Source of the DNA: a virus
Taxonomy: Duplodnaviria > Caudoviricetes
DNA length: 64,000 nucleotides
IMG/VR virus record: IMGVR_UViG_3300014204_000161
Span: 1-64,000 of that record
Direction: 5' to 3' (one strand)
Part shown: piece after piece, positions 1 through 9,143 of the stretch
Layout: every line of letters begins with the position of its first letter
Numbering within the stretch: the stretch's first letter is position 1
Made by a program: the position numbers and the translations under genes
Notes under the pieces: generated by a model
Seen by the model: only the letters and a program-made list of their open reading frames with translations
Databases searched by the model: none
What the model was told of the DNA's origin: nothing

Positions 1-55
1 AAACTTGACCTTGCCGCAAACTTGACCTTGCCGCAAACTTGACCTTGCCGCAAAC
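1..55 (+). repeat. 17-bp tandem repeat AAACTTGACCTTGCCGC x3 (possibly truncated by the window edge)
   Basis: Exact copies at 1-17, 18-34 and 35-51; inverted copy of the core ACCTTGCCG at 78-86. Confidence 0.95.
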
Positions 56-223
56 GTACACTTTGGGCAAGCTCATACGGCAAGGTGGTGGGTGGTCCCA
101 CTGGGGGGTCTCGGGTGAATACTGCGAGAGAGAGAGGCTAGTCCAGGTAGGACAATCGGTCTTATAGACCGTACTTATGGACTAGCCTCTCGCGATGTCC
201 TACTATCGAGAATAAATAGAAAC

Positions 224-910
224 ATGGAAGACCGATTAGACTCGAGAGAGGGGCAGGTTCCCGATACCGTGGAACCCAGGATCCTGCAGCCCGGCCCGGA
301 TGGGTACCCTGGTAGGCTGATGACTCGTAAGGAAGCTGTCAAGTACCTGGGGGTCAGTGCCAAGACGCTCAGAAGGTACGAGCTGGCCGGCGGGATCTGC
401 GCCTATAAGAACCAGATGAACAGGCGAGTCCTATATTCCGAGTCCGAGATCCTGGCCCTACTAGGGAGTAGATTGAAACAGACCAAGCAGGTAGTCTTAT
501 ACTGTCGGTCGGCCGTACTAGGGAGTAGATCGGACAAGGGTAACAGTGCGAGAGAGAGGCTTGCCCAGCAGGTACAGCGCATGTCCCAGTACTGCCTGGC
601 AGCGGGGATCCGGGTCGACCTATGCCTGACCGATGTCGGGCCTGGTACCGGGTCGAAGGACCTTGAAGGTTATAACTTATTGATAGAGAAGGTGTTACGG
701 CGCGAGGTGAGCCTTATAATCGTGGAAACCCCAGACCGGCTGGCCCGCTGGGGCATGGGCAAGGTATTCGAGAAGTTCCTGGCCTGGCACGGTGTCAAAC
801 TACACATGGCCAGCCCGTGCCTTACCCGCGAGGAGTACAAGGAGGAGATCAAGCAGGACCTGACAGAAATCATCTACGAGTCCAAGAGACTACTTGGAGA
901 ACAGGTCTGA
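224..910 (+). CDS. IS607 TnpA-like serine recombinase (MerR-type HTH + resolvase domain)
   Basis: N-terminal 'EAVKYLGVSAKTLRRYE' HTH; 'YCRS' in place of YARVS; 'IIVETPDRLARWG'; ATAAATA at 212-218 upstream. Confidence 0.8.
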   Translation: MEDRLDSREGQVPDTVEPRILQPGPDGYPGRLMTRKEAVKYLGVSAKTLRRYELAGGICAYKNQMNRRVLYSESEILALLGSRLKQTKQVVLYCRSAVLGSRSDKGNSARERLAQQVQRMSQYCLAAGIRVDLCLTDVGPGTGSKDLEGYNLLIEKVLRREVSLIIVETPDRLARWGMGKVFEKFLAWHGVKLHMASPCLTREEYKEEIKQDLTEIIYESKRLLGEQV

Positions 911-1020
911 TTACCAATAAGATAAGTGAATTTCACCCGGCCCCGGAGAGGTTAAGCTACCTGTACTAGGAGTACGGGGCTGGCCACAATAGCAGCTCGT
1001 CAGTAGGCTGCCAGGATCTA

Positions 1021-1383
1021 CTAGGGAGTACCGACCTGGCCGTCAAGCTCGTCCTCTGGGTCCGGCACGTACTCGGTATCGTCCTTGACCTGCTGGGCCC
1101 AGTAGATCGCTTCCTTCAGATGCTTGACCCCTGACTCGATCTCTTCCATGCACAAGCCAGCATTCTTGTAATCGAACTTCTTGCAGTACTCGATCGCTTG
1201 ATCCAACTCAGTCCGGATCGAATAGAGATAGGTACCTAGCCAGGTCTTGTCCACTTCTAGCAGGCCGGCCTGTTCCAGCTTGAACATGATGTACAGGTCC
1301 GGTTTCTTATCGCTGTACTCTAGGACTGGGATACCATTGGTGGTATCCAATTCTTCGAAGATCTTTACGTGCTTTCTGTTCAT
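1021..1383 (-). CDS. hypothetical protein
   Basis: ATG at 1383 overlaps the upstream stop (ATGA); start revised from the ORF track. Confidence 0.7.
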   Translation of the reverse strand: MNRKHVKIFEELDTTNGIPVLEYSDKKPDLYIMFKLEQAGLLEVDKTWLGTYLYSIRTELDQAIEYCKKFDYKNAGLCMEEIESGVKHLKEAIYWAQQVKDDTEYVPDPEDELDGQVGTP

Positions 1384-1769
1384 ATTGCTGGTTCGAATAT
1401 TTCTGGATGTTGGCGACCCCATTCTCTGAGAAAGACTCCTGCTTTACTGTTAGCTTCGTTCTCGCAGTCAGAGCCATCCGCTCCGTCTAACTGGTCTCCT
1501 CTTTCTCTCTGAGCATAGTGTACTAGTTCGTGAGCTAAGCTCCTGTACCAGTCAGCTCTCTGTCTCTTTCCGCGCAGTACCCAGATGAAGTTGTCTTCAG
1601 GTGCAGGGAAATATGCGGCCATTGCCTTTATCTCCACGGCCTTAGCATGGTCGTCGGATACTAGTATTTTGGCTGGCTTCTTGTAGCCTAGATTCTTGCG
1701 GCAAAATGCTATGAATTCCTTTAGGTCAGGATCTTTGACAGGGGTCGTGCTCTCGCTGTTTACGTTCAT
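1380..1769 (-). CDS. HExxH (zincin-like) metallopeptidase-fold protein
   Basis: 'RSLAHELVHYAQ'; ATAAATA (1775-1781) just upstream of ATG 1769. Confidence 0.65.
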   Translation of the reverse strand: MNVNSESTTPVKDPDLKEFIAFCRKNLGYKKPAKILVSDDHAKAVEIKAMAAYFPAPEDNFIWVLRGKRQRADWYRSLAHELVHYAQRERGDQLDGADGSDCENEANSKAGVFLREWGRQHPEIFEPAI

Positions 1770-1888
1770 GAAGTTATTTATCCAATTTTCCAGGGCCAGA
1801 AAATCCTCCAAGACCAGGATGGCTAAAAATACCCATGGCCGAGCGGCATGGCGCATCGGTCCAGATACATAAAATAAACCTACATCCC

Positions 1889-2026
1889 ATGGCAAAGAAT
1901 CCCACTCAGGTGACGAGGTACCGGGCCGTTAGTACTACTAAACGACCTGGCGTGCATGCGAAGTCTAGGTCCTCAAACAACAAACGGTCTAAGAATTACC
2001 GCAAGCCGTACGTAGGACAAGGCTGA
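1889..2026 (+). CDS. small basic protein
   Basis: 45 aa, K/R-rich, ends 'YRKPYVGQG'; followed by a terminator. Confidence 0.6.
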   Translation: MAKNPTQVTRYRAVSTTKRPGVHAKSRSSNNKRSKNYRKPYVGQG

Positions 2027-2083
2027 CTGCCCGTACCTGGGTCATGCATTCATGCATAACACGGGTACGGGTTTACTCATATG

Positions 2084-2120
2084 AAAAAAAGGGACCTCCT
2101 TTAGGGAGTCCCTTTCTTCT
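2084..2120. terminator. bidirectional intrinsic terminator
   Basis: GGGACCTCC/GGGAGTCCC stem flanked by A and T runs between convergent genes. Confidence 0.75.
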
Positions 2121-2137
2121 TGTTAGGCAATAGAGTC

Positions 2138-2920
2138 TTATTGGAACCTCTTCTTCGTCCATGCCTTGAGCAGGCTAGGCTCCTTCTTGAATTCAATCTT
2201 CGCTTGAGTTTCGATGTCTGCCAGGTCCGTGTTGAAGGACTGAGCCAGAGCCTTGGTGGTAAACTTAACCGCCTTCTCCAAATCTCCGCTGAACTGCTTG
2301 CTTAGATCCAAGAACGTCTTCCTGACCTGGCGCCTGACCTTCTCGTCGGTATCCTTCTGCTTGTCGCGAGTCTTCTTTGAAGAAGTGGACATCTTATCAA
2401 GATATTCCTGGTACGCGGTCATATCGGGTTCAGAGTTGATAGCTTCCTCAGCCATTGCTTGGACCTCGGCCTTCTGCATGCTTTCGAACCTGTCGAATAG
2501 GTTGGCCAGTTCCGGCCAAATAACATTGCTCTCTGTTCCTTCCCTTTGACCCTGCAAGAGGAGCTTGAACTTGGATATAGTACGCTCAACTGTTTGGGGT
2601 TTCAGATTCAGGTAAGCTGAAAGCTTTGCTCCACCGATATGCTGCCAGTCTTCGGAACCTTCCTTCGACATTTTAAGAGCATTACGTGTCAGGCCGGTGT
2701 CTCCTCGTCCGCGAGTGTCTTCGGCCCGGCCCAGTGCTTGCACAGCATTGAGGTAACATGCGGCGTACTGCTCGTCGGATAGGATGTCGTCTCCCCTTGA
2801 GATTGCAGCTTTCTGCCCGCCCCTCAGTTCGGGTTTCTTTTCTTCCGACCCTGTTAGAGTCTCGCCCTGCAGGTTCTCATTCACGAAGTCGATAAAGTCG
2901 TTCACATATTTCTTTTCCAT
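2138..2920 (-). CDS. hypothetical late protein with capsid-targeting-like N-terminus
   Basis: 'KYVNDFIDFVNEN'; ATAAATA at 2938-2944. Confidence 0.8.
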   Translation of the reverse strand: MEKKYVNDFIDFVNENLQGETLTGSEEKKPELRGGQKAAISRGDDILSDEQYAACYLNAVQALGRAEDTRGRGDTGLTRNALKMSKEGSEDWQHIGGAKLSAYLNLKPQTVERTISKFKLLLQGQREGTESNVIWPELANLFDRFESMQKAEVQAMAEEAINSEPDMTAYQEYLDKMSTSSKKTRDKQKDTDEKVRRQVRKTFLDLSKQFSGDLEKAVKFTTKALAQSFNTDLADIETQAKIEFKKEPSLLKAWTKKRFQ

Positions 2921-2983
2921 GTAGTAAGTCTTTTGATTATTTATATCCCTGTACTAGGGAGTAAGAACCTATCGAGAAAAAAG

Positions 2984-3003
2984 AATGGGGCCGAAGCCCC
3001 ATT
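2984..3003 (-). terminator. intrinsic terminator (cUUCGg loop)
   Basis: GGGGC-TTCG-GCCCC followed by a T-rich tract on the minus strand. Confidence 0.75.
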
Positions 3004-3020
3004 CAGAGTACCATTGAAGG

Positions 3021-4166
3021 TTACAGGCTAGCGAGTGCTGCATGTTCGAGGTCCCAACTCTTAACGAAGAGGGCACCGCCTTCGACCTTGAACTTTTTAG
3101 GGTTCGTCATCGGGAAGGTTGACTTGTGCGAACCGAGCCAGGTCATGTCGTTCACGAGGTCCCAGATGGTATGCCCGGTCTTGATGAACTTCTTCTGCTC
3201 GAGAGAGAATTCCCTCGGGTTAAATCCCTTGGCGATGATGCGCCTTTCGGTTTCTTCGAGGTGCGGGAAGAGCTTGGCCTTTGCGGCTTTCGCCAGCCAG
3301 ATCTTGCGATCAGGATCTTCTTCAGTCAGCTGAGATTCTACGAGGTCGAATATCTTTGACATTTCGGCAAGGCTGGCCTGGGTGGACATGGCTTTGTCAA
3401 GCTTATCCTTGAAGGAAACCGGCACAAAGCCGTCACGTGCCCAGATGTGGGCCTGATTCAGGATGTCGCGGAAGGCGTTCGGTCCAGAGCCTGCTGCTCC
3501 GCCACCGCCCTTACCGAGGTCCGGTCCGGAACCGGTTGGGGTCTTGCTGATCATTCCATTGGCGCATGCAAGGCGGTACATGAAGTCGTCGATACGCGAC
3601 GTGTTGTAGCTGTTTACTAGGGAGACCCCGAAGCGGAAGACATCGTCCGGTCCCAGCCTTTCAAACCCTGCGTCCTGTGCATGCACGAGGTTGATGCTCA
3701 TGTTACTGTTGCCGGTGTTGTCGATAGATTCCACGCTCAGTCCTGGTACTTCGTTCAGCAGAGTTTCCGCGGTCGCGAAGAGGGTGTCATTGGTCAAGCG
3801 GCTGTAACGGTCTGCCACTACGATGTTCGTGATGACGCGCTGGTCCTGGTCCCCGATGAGGAGGAAGTCCTTGCCACCGTCACGTGATTCTGCGTATGCC
3901 TTAACGGCTTCGAGCAATTTGATCTGGATGCTCTTATCCTCATGCTTCGCCATGCGATTCATGAGGCTGACGTTCAGGTTAACCATCTGTCCAAGGCGGT
4001 TGAAGAAGCTTCTGGACACGGGTACACGGTGGCCATGGATGTGGATGCATCCATTCTCGATCGACTTGTCGTCGAGCTGGATGTCGCGGAGCTTGATCCT
4101 CTTGATCAGCGGGTCGTGCCCACTCAGCTCCTGTCTGATGTTGTTGAATTCGTCGTTTCCGATCAT
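3021..4166 (-). CDS. DUF932-like phage/plasmid protein
   Basis: 'FGVSLVNS...YRLACANGM' resembles the DUF932 RLxCxNG motif. Confidence 0.6.
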   Translation of the reverse strand: MIGNDEFNNIRQELSGHDPLIKRIKLRDIQLDDKSIENGCIHIHGHRVPVSRSFFNRLGQMVNLNVSLMNRMAKHEDKSIQIKLLEAVKAYAESRDGGKDFLLIGDQDQRVITNIVVADRYSRLTNDTLFATAETLLNEVPGLSVESIDNTGNSNMSINLVHAQDAGFERLGPDDVFRFGVSLVNSYNTSRIDDFMYRLACANGMISKTPTGSGPDLGKGGGGAAGSGPNAFRDILNQAHIWARDGFVPVSFKDKLDKAMSTQASLAEMSKIFDLVESQLTEEDPDRKIWLAKAAKAKLFPHLEETERRIIAKGFNPREFSLEQKKFIKTGHTIWDLVNDMTWLGSHKSTFPMTNPKKFKVEGGALFVKSWDLEHAALASL

Positions 4167-4193
4167 TGTCGTTTAAGGTTTAATCGGTTGATA

Positions 4194-5336
4194 CTAGTTT
4201 TCGTCTGCTACTTCTTCGTCGACTACCACGGTCTCTGCGTCGGGATGGGTGACTGAGAGAAAGAGGTCGTTGAACCTTTGGTCGAGCATTGCACGGTTTT
4301 CACCTTCACCAGTCGCCAGGCGATTGGCTTCGATTTCCTGTTGCCATGCTACTTCGTCCCATACGAGTTCCCCGTTTACTAGGGAGTAGTACAGGCGCTG
4401 GTAGATGTGGGAACCTCCACGTCTGTTCTTGGAGAATTCAACGTACCGGCGTCCTGCATCGTCGAACCTCATCTCCATCATTGCTGTTGTAGCATGCTTG
4501 AGGTAGGTCGAACCGACGTACTGGCCACCCTTGGTTAAATGCTGGATTGCGAAGATCGCTTTGTTCTTTTTGTCGGCGGCTTCGATGATGGCATTGGTAA
4601 GCCACGTGGCCGCTCTGTTTGTCTTCCAACCGAGAACGTCCGCCATTTTCACGATGGTGTCCTGGTAAGAGTCGAGGAGGATGATGTCGTAGTCGTCGCT
4701 TTCGATCGTGTTCTTTAAGATAAGATCGAACCGGCCCATGATGTAGTCCATGAGGAGGAGGGTCGGGATGTTGCCAATGATAGGCATCTTAGAATAGAAG
4801 AAAAACAAGTCGTTGCGCGTCATCTCCGAAGAAACGTAGAGGATTTTAGCGTCGGGATTTTCCCGCTTAATCATAGCGAGCATTTGGAGAATTACAGTTG
4901 ACTTGCCGACACCCGACTCGCCAACCACGATGTTCGCGGTACCTGAATAAAGACCGCCATCTTCCGTGTGATCAGATAACAGTTTGTCTACCAACCCATT
5001 GGTCTTATAAAGTCTGAAGTCAGGGAAGTCCATGTTCCCGATTTCAATGACCGTGGGCTTTTCGATAACTGATTCTGCATCCTCACCAAGGTCTGGCCTT
5101 CCACGCTGTACCAGAGATTCTGAACGCGGATCGGAAGGCCTTGTTGAAGTAAATCCTGCGCGAAGTTTCTTGACCACGCCGTTGAACAACCCGTAACTTA
5201 CACTGTAGTTCTCATTGTTAACCATGAACTGACTGTAGAGCTGCTGAACCGTTTGGTCGATAGGAACCTCGCCTCCATGGTGTTCTGTGAAGAACGACCG
5301 GACAATCATTTCCTTCTTTCCGATTTGGTTTTGCAT
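4194..5336 (-). CDS. RadA/Sms-like RecA-superfamily ATPase
   Basis: Walker A 'GESGVGKST', 'LYVSSE', Walker B 'ILLDS', 'QHLTKGG..GSTYLKH', 'KNR'. Confidence 0.75.
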   Translation of the reverse strand: MQNQIGKKEMIVRSFFTEHHGGEVPIDQTVQQLYSQFMVNNENYSVSYGLFNGVVKKLRAGFTSTRPSDPRSESLVQRGRPDLGEDAESVIEKPTVIEIGNMDFPDFRLYKTNGLVDKLLSDHTEDGGLYSGTANIVVGESGVGKSTVILQMLAMIKRENPDAKILYVSSEMTRNDLFFFYSKMPIIGNIPTLLLMDYIMGRFDLILKNTIESDDYDIILLDSYQDTIVKMADVLGWKTNRAATWLTNAIIEAADKKNKAIFAIQHLTKGGQYVGSTYLKHATTAMMEMRFDDAGRRYVEFSKNRRGGSHIYQRLYYSLVNGELVWDEVAWQQEIEANRLATGEGENRAMLDQRFNDLFLSVTHPDAETVVVDEEVADEN

Positions 5337-5464
5337 AGATGGTTTAAGTTAATTATTGATTGATGTAGCTAATATAAAACTAATGTCTGACAGGAAAAAA
5401 TGGTGGTCAAATATTTGTTTTAATTTTATACTGTATAAATGTACTACAGTTCCACTTAAGTTAG

Positions 5465-5590
5465 TCGCAATTACTAAAATAATTGCGTCACTGATGAGAC
5501 TGTCAATGCCGTACTTCAGTGTGTGACGGAGTATACCCTCTGCGTCTGTTAAACGAACCCGTTAGAGCTTGGCATCTACAAGATAACGAG
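5465..5590 (-). ncRNA. candidate early sRNA unit C
   Basis: ORF-less segment below promoter 5611; shares CGCAGAGGGTATACTCCG with unit A; ends in hairpin 5467-5488. Confidence 0.4.
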
Positions 5591-5623
5591 GTAAAAGTAA
5601 TACAAATACTTGAAAGGAAAAAA

Positions 5624-6243
5624 TTAGATGCCGCAATTCGTGTTATTAGACATCAATCCGTTTGCTGCAATTTGTACAGCATATCTCGAGACACCGTCCG
5701 TGATGGTGTAGTATCCACCGTCTCCAACAACTGGTGTTGTACATCCAGAATCAGAGTACAAGGTGTATCCATTAAGGTTCACGATCGAATCGACCGTTGA
5801 GTATCCGGTTTGGGTCATGGTGTCAATTGCGCAAGCTGCTACTGTACCAGGGTTCGAGGAAGCTGAATAACTGAATGCTGTTATTGCTAAGGTGGTTGTC
5901 GTAGTTGTTGGGGCAGCCGTCGTAGTTGTCGTCGTACCGCTCGCAGTAGTTGTGCTAGTAGTAGGAGCGGTTGTACTAGTAGTCGTTGCTTGAGGACCAA
6001 GGTTAGTCAGGATAACTGTTCCAGTACCGCCTGTTCCCAATGCAGCAATTAAGTCTTCTACAAACTGGTCTAGTATTGCTCTAGACGGAAACGTCATGTG
6101 CAGTACCGGATAGAGATTGATTCCTATTCCAATGTCTGAGTGGATGTCTCCGTCCAAAGGATGTCTCTAGACGGGTCAAAAGTAACGAGTTCCTGCATAG
6201 AACCGTTGCTGTAGTTTCTGATCTTGATTATATCGGCTGCCAT
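5624..6243 (-). pseudogene. frameshifted Thr-rich (virion-surface-like) gene
   Basis: Late promoter at 6251-6257 and ATG 6243 open a 39-codon frame stopping at 6124; the long Thr-rich frame 5624-6157 is in the -1 frame with only a TTG start. Confidence 0.55.
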
Positions 6244-6313
6244 ATAAACCTATTTATACAAGAAAGGGGTCCCGCCAAGAACCCCTAACTAATCAACCAA
6301 TAAACCATGTTTG

Positions 6314-6613
6314 TTATGCTTTGCGCAGCGGTACTCGTTCTATCTTTACGATGCTGCCGATTGGAGAGTATCTAGCTTCTTCGTAGCTCGAGAACCTGTC
6401 TAGGTCGAAGATCCATGCTCCCCTTGATCCAGCTTTCTTCATGCCTATTCGGGTCTTTCTTTCTGCCATGGATGGTCTAGCTATCTTTGCCTCGAAGCAG
6501 GCCAGCTTGTATGCAGACCGAAATGTAGTGGCCACTAGAATCGGTACCATTACTTCGTTCTCGAGCTGGTGTACTAGCCATACATCCTTCTTGTTCCTGA
6601 GCAGGCTAGGCAT
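6314..6613 (-). CDS. hypothetical protein
   Basis: ORF in the gene-dense minus-strand block. Confidence 0.55.
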   Translation of the reverse strand: MPSLLRNKKDVWLVHQLENEVMVPILVATTFRSAYKLACFEAKIARPSMAERKTRIGMKKAGSRGAWIFDLDRFSSYEEARYSPIGSIVKIERVPLRKA

Positions 6614-6723
6614 GTTAGAACAAGTTATTTCTTACCCAATGAATCAGCGTTGGGATTCCCCATACGATCAATGCTATTGATCCACCGAACACTAATGCAG
6701 TTATAATGCAGTTTCCCATGGCC

Positions 6724-6984
6724 TTAGTCTTTTAATGATTCAGCTAGCTCCTTAAGCTTAGCACATTTCTCGTATTCTTCTGTATCCTGAAAGTGCTTGA
6801 TCATGAGCCAGAGAGCGTTCTTCTTTTCTGATGCAGGCTTCCCGTCGTTGACCGCGTCCTTGAACTCGCCAACTAGGGCTTCGTACAGCTTGTCCATGAA
6901 CTTGCCGTAGTCTTCCTTACGCAGGTGCATGAGCTCTAGCAACAGGTCCTGATAAGTCTTCTTTTCTGATGAGTTAGTGTCCAT
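6724..6984 (-). CDS. small protein with C-terminal UVR (UvrB/UvrC)-like motif
   Basis: 'EEYEKCAKLKE'. Confidence 0.6.
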   Translation of the reverse strand: MDTNSSEKKTYQDLLLELMHLRKEDYGKFMDKLYEALVGEFKDAVNDGKPASEKKNALWLMIKHFQDTEEYEKCAKLKELAESLKD

Positions 6985-7177
6985 CGTGTGTAGGTCTTTT
7001 TTAGACTTTCTATTACTAATATACTAAAAAGAACCGAACCGGATTAATCTGGATGACTCTTTTTCTTCTGGGTTTATGTTAGAGGCCTAGAATATGACTT
7101 CTTTGTAATGCTTATTGACTTTCTTTAATCCGTTTAAGCAGTCCGTGCAGGTCCTGTACTCTCCATCTACATCCAAA

Positions 7178-7435
7178 TTATTTTGCTTGTCTCTTGAACC
7201 AGTTGAGCTTGCCCAAGAAGTAGTCTATTTGAAGGCGGAGGCCGAAGTTGCTTCCCTGATAAGATCCCAATTGCTTGGTCTTGTATGTCTGATAGTCAGT
7301 TTCTTTCAGGTCTAGATCCTCTTCTTTGATAGCCTCTATCTTGTTCCAGTGCTTCTCCATTGCTGCTACGAATTCGTCAACGTCCTTCATGAGGTCGTCG
7401 TACAGTGCAGCTTTATCTCTCTTAGATAGTGGCAT
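7178..7435 (-). CDS. hypothetical protein
   Basis: Helical, charged ORF. Confidence 0.65.
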   Translation of the reverse strand: MPLSKRDKAALYDDLMKDVDEFVAAMEKHWNKIEAIKEEDLDLKETDYQTYKTKQLGSYQGSNFGLRLQIDYFLGKLNWFKRQAK

Positions 7436-7457
7436 ATCTCTTCATCTTTAGCAATAT

Positions 7458-7760
7458 TTATACGATGTAATGATCAACATTATTGCAGTAAGAATCGTAG
7501 ACCAGTATCATATTGCCGGTCCTGGCACAGAATCCTGATTCAGTAATGGACTGTATCCGATAATCCGTGGGTAACTGGATGTGACCTATGCGATTTCCAT
7601 CGGAGTTATAAGTTACTATTTGCCCACCGAAACGAAGGACCACGAATGCCGAGGAATGACCAAGGAATTCGCCGCCGCCTGTCGATATGGATCCGATCTG
7701 ATTTCCGCTCCTGTCTCGTATGACTAGGAGGTTTCCGTATTGTGTTACGTTCGCGATCAT
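7458..7760 (-). CDS. hypothetical beta-repeat protein
   Basis: Repeated 'D/N-S-x-GN-x-IG-x-I' units. Confidence 0.65.
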   Translation of the reverse strand: MIANVTQYGNLLVIRDRSGNQIGSISTGGGEFLGHSSAFVVLRFGGQIVTYNSDGNRIGHIQLPTDYRIQSITESGFCARTGNMILVYDSYCNNVDHYIV

Positions 7761-7763
7761 GGT

Positions 7764-7901
7764 TCAGTCGATTAGGATTACTTTGAGCTCGCTGGACGGC
7801 GAGATTCTTTCGTGCATCTTTGCCTGTGCAACGATCAGGTCCGTGGCTTGTTCCTCGTGAACGTAACCACTTTTGAAAATTCTTGCTTCTTCGTCATTCA
7901 T
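7764..7901 (-). CDS. small hypothetical protein (45 aa, not in ORF track)
   Basis: MNDEEARIFKSG...VILID; stop lies 3 nt before the next ATG. Confidence 0.5.
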   Translation of the reverse strand: MNDEEARIFKSGYVHEEQATDLIVAQAKMHERISPSSELKVILID

Positions 7902-7944
7902 AATTTTAATTTTTAATAACCGCTATATGGCGGTTAGCGAGTTG

Positions 7945-8211
7945 TTATACGCAACCCAAAGAAACCACAATCTCAGTTTCAGTAGTTTCTATAATTTCAG
8001 GTTCAGCGTTTCTAACTTCTTCCAGCATTGCAATCAATACCATTTCTTCATAATCATCGCCAAACATACACTTATAGTTTTTATCCCTTCCATAAAGCGT
8101 AATGTATTTGCCATCGTATTCCAACCGATACCCACCGCCATAATTAGCCAAAATGGGTATGCGTATAACACGTGGTATAGTTAATAGGGGTTTTTCTACG
8201 TTATTCATCAT
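7945..8211 (-). CDS. AT-rich hypothetical protein, cassette-like
   Basis: Lower GC than its neighbours; stop codon lies within GTATAAC. Confidence 0.55.
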   Translation of the reverse strand: MMNNVEKPLLTIPRVIRIPILANYGGGYRLEYDGKYITLYGRDKNYKCMFGDDYEEMVLIAMLEEVRNAEPEIIETTETEIVVSLGCV

Positions 8212-8230
8212 TTTTTATATTTATTAAGTT

Positions 8231-8295
8231 TATAATATTTTGATAGGTTATCGGTATCTAATCCCCAACTAACCATACCACCAACGTTAGCGGTA
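8231..8295 (-). mobile_element. degenerate attC-like site
   Basis: CGCTAAC right after an ORF stop, then an imperfect inverted repeat (TGGTATGGTTA/TAACCTATCA). Confidence 0.4.
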
Positions 8296-8298
8296 AGT

Positions 8299-8566
8299 TT
8301 AAAAATCACCACTATTCAACATTTCATCAAACATTTTAGATGCCATTTCGTCCTGCTCTTTTGATGCTCTATGCTCAATTTTAAATGATACCACTTTATC
8401 TGCTTTTTTAGCATTAATAAAATCAATCTTCTAATTTTTGATAACTATCAGAATTTGAATAGAGAGTAATATTTGTATCGTTTCGCCAATCACCATCTAC
8501 TTTGAATTTCACAATAAATCTGTGAGTAAATCCGTCAAATTGTTCTTTTGAATACTTAGTTTCCAT
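8299..8566 (-). pseudogene. frameshifted AT-rich cassette ORF
   Basis: METKYSKEQF...QKLED stops at TGA; a +1 shift continues DFINAKKADKVV...NSGDF. Confidence 0.5.
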
Positions 8567-8597
8567 TTGATTATATTTTAAAAGTTTAACAAAAACC

Positions 8598-8695
8598 TAC
8601 CGCTAACAATGTGTATAGCAAATAAGCCATTAAAGTTTGTACTAATTTGATAGTTTTGTGCGTGGCTTACTTGCCATACACCCAACCGTTTATAA
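8598..8695 (-). mobile_element. integron attC-like palindromic site
   Basis: 18-bp arms 8611-8628 and 8664-8681 (16/18 complementary), bounded by ...AAC and GTTAGCG core-like sites. Confidence 0.55.
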
Positions 8696-8736
8696 TGCTA
8701 ACGTAATACAAATGCCTGACAGGAAAAAATTCTAGT

Positions 8737-8961
8737 TCAGCTTAGTTCGACGCACATCTGAAACTGCTCCTCGCTTAAATCGGACGTTTCGTGTTCCAGG
8801 ATGTTGATTAAGATTTGGTTGTACAGGATTCCTTCTGATTCCCAGACCATGTAATACATTCCGGTTTCGTCGACTCTCGTCTGGCCCTTGAATTCTGGAT
8901 TCTTAAGGAGCATGTACTCGGCTCCGGTTATCAGCTTGCATTCATCGAGATTGATTGTCAT
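8737..8961 (-). CDS. hypothetical protein, chimeric; C-terminus duplicates 9144-9377
   Basis: 'LYNQILxNILEHETSDLSE.QF..CVELS' is shared. Confidence 0.6.
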   Translation of the reverse strand: MTINLDECKLITGAEYMLLKNPEFKGQTRVDETGMYYMVWESEGILYNQILINILEHETSDLSEEQFQMCVELS

Positions 8962-8965
8962 AATG

Positions 8966-9142
8966 TTATAAATTATCGTAATATTCCCATAATAATAAGT
9001 CAATATCGGTTTCAGTTAGAGCCTTAATGTTAAAATCGCCAAAAATGAAAACCCCGTCATCGTTATCGTTAGTTACTTTTATTCCATTATTAACTGTAGT
9101 TACGACTACATGGCCATGTTCCGTTTCAAATTCTTTTTCCAT
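8966..9142 (-). CDS. small acidic hypothetical protein (58 aa, not in ORF track)
   Basis: MEKEFETEHG...YYDNL; tightly packed between neighbours. Confidence 0.55.
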   Translation of the reverse strand: MEKEFETEHGHVVVTTVNNGIKVTNDNDDGVFIFGDFNIKALTETDIDLLLWEYYDNL

Positions 9143-9143
9143 G

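Noticed and set aside
1-55. CRISPR array
   Set aside because: The repeats are contiguous with no spacers, and no cas genes are present.
224-1020. Complete IS607 transposon
   Set aside because: No tnpB and no right end; a convergent phage gene follows.
5490-5545. Hammerhead ribozyme (CTGATGAG on + strand)
   Set aside because: No GAAA core after stem II, and transcription here is predicted on the opposite strand.
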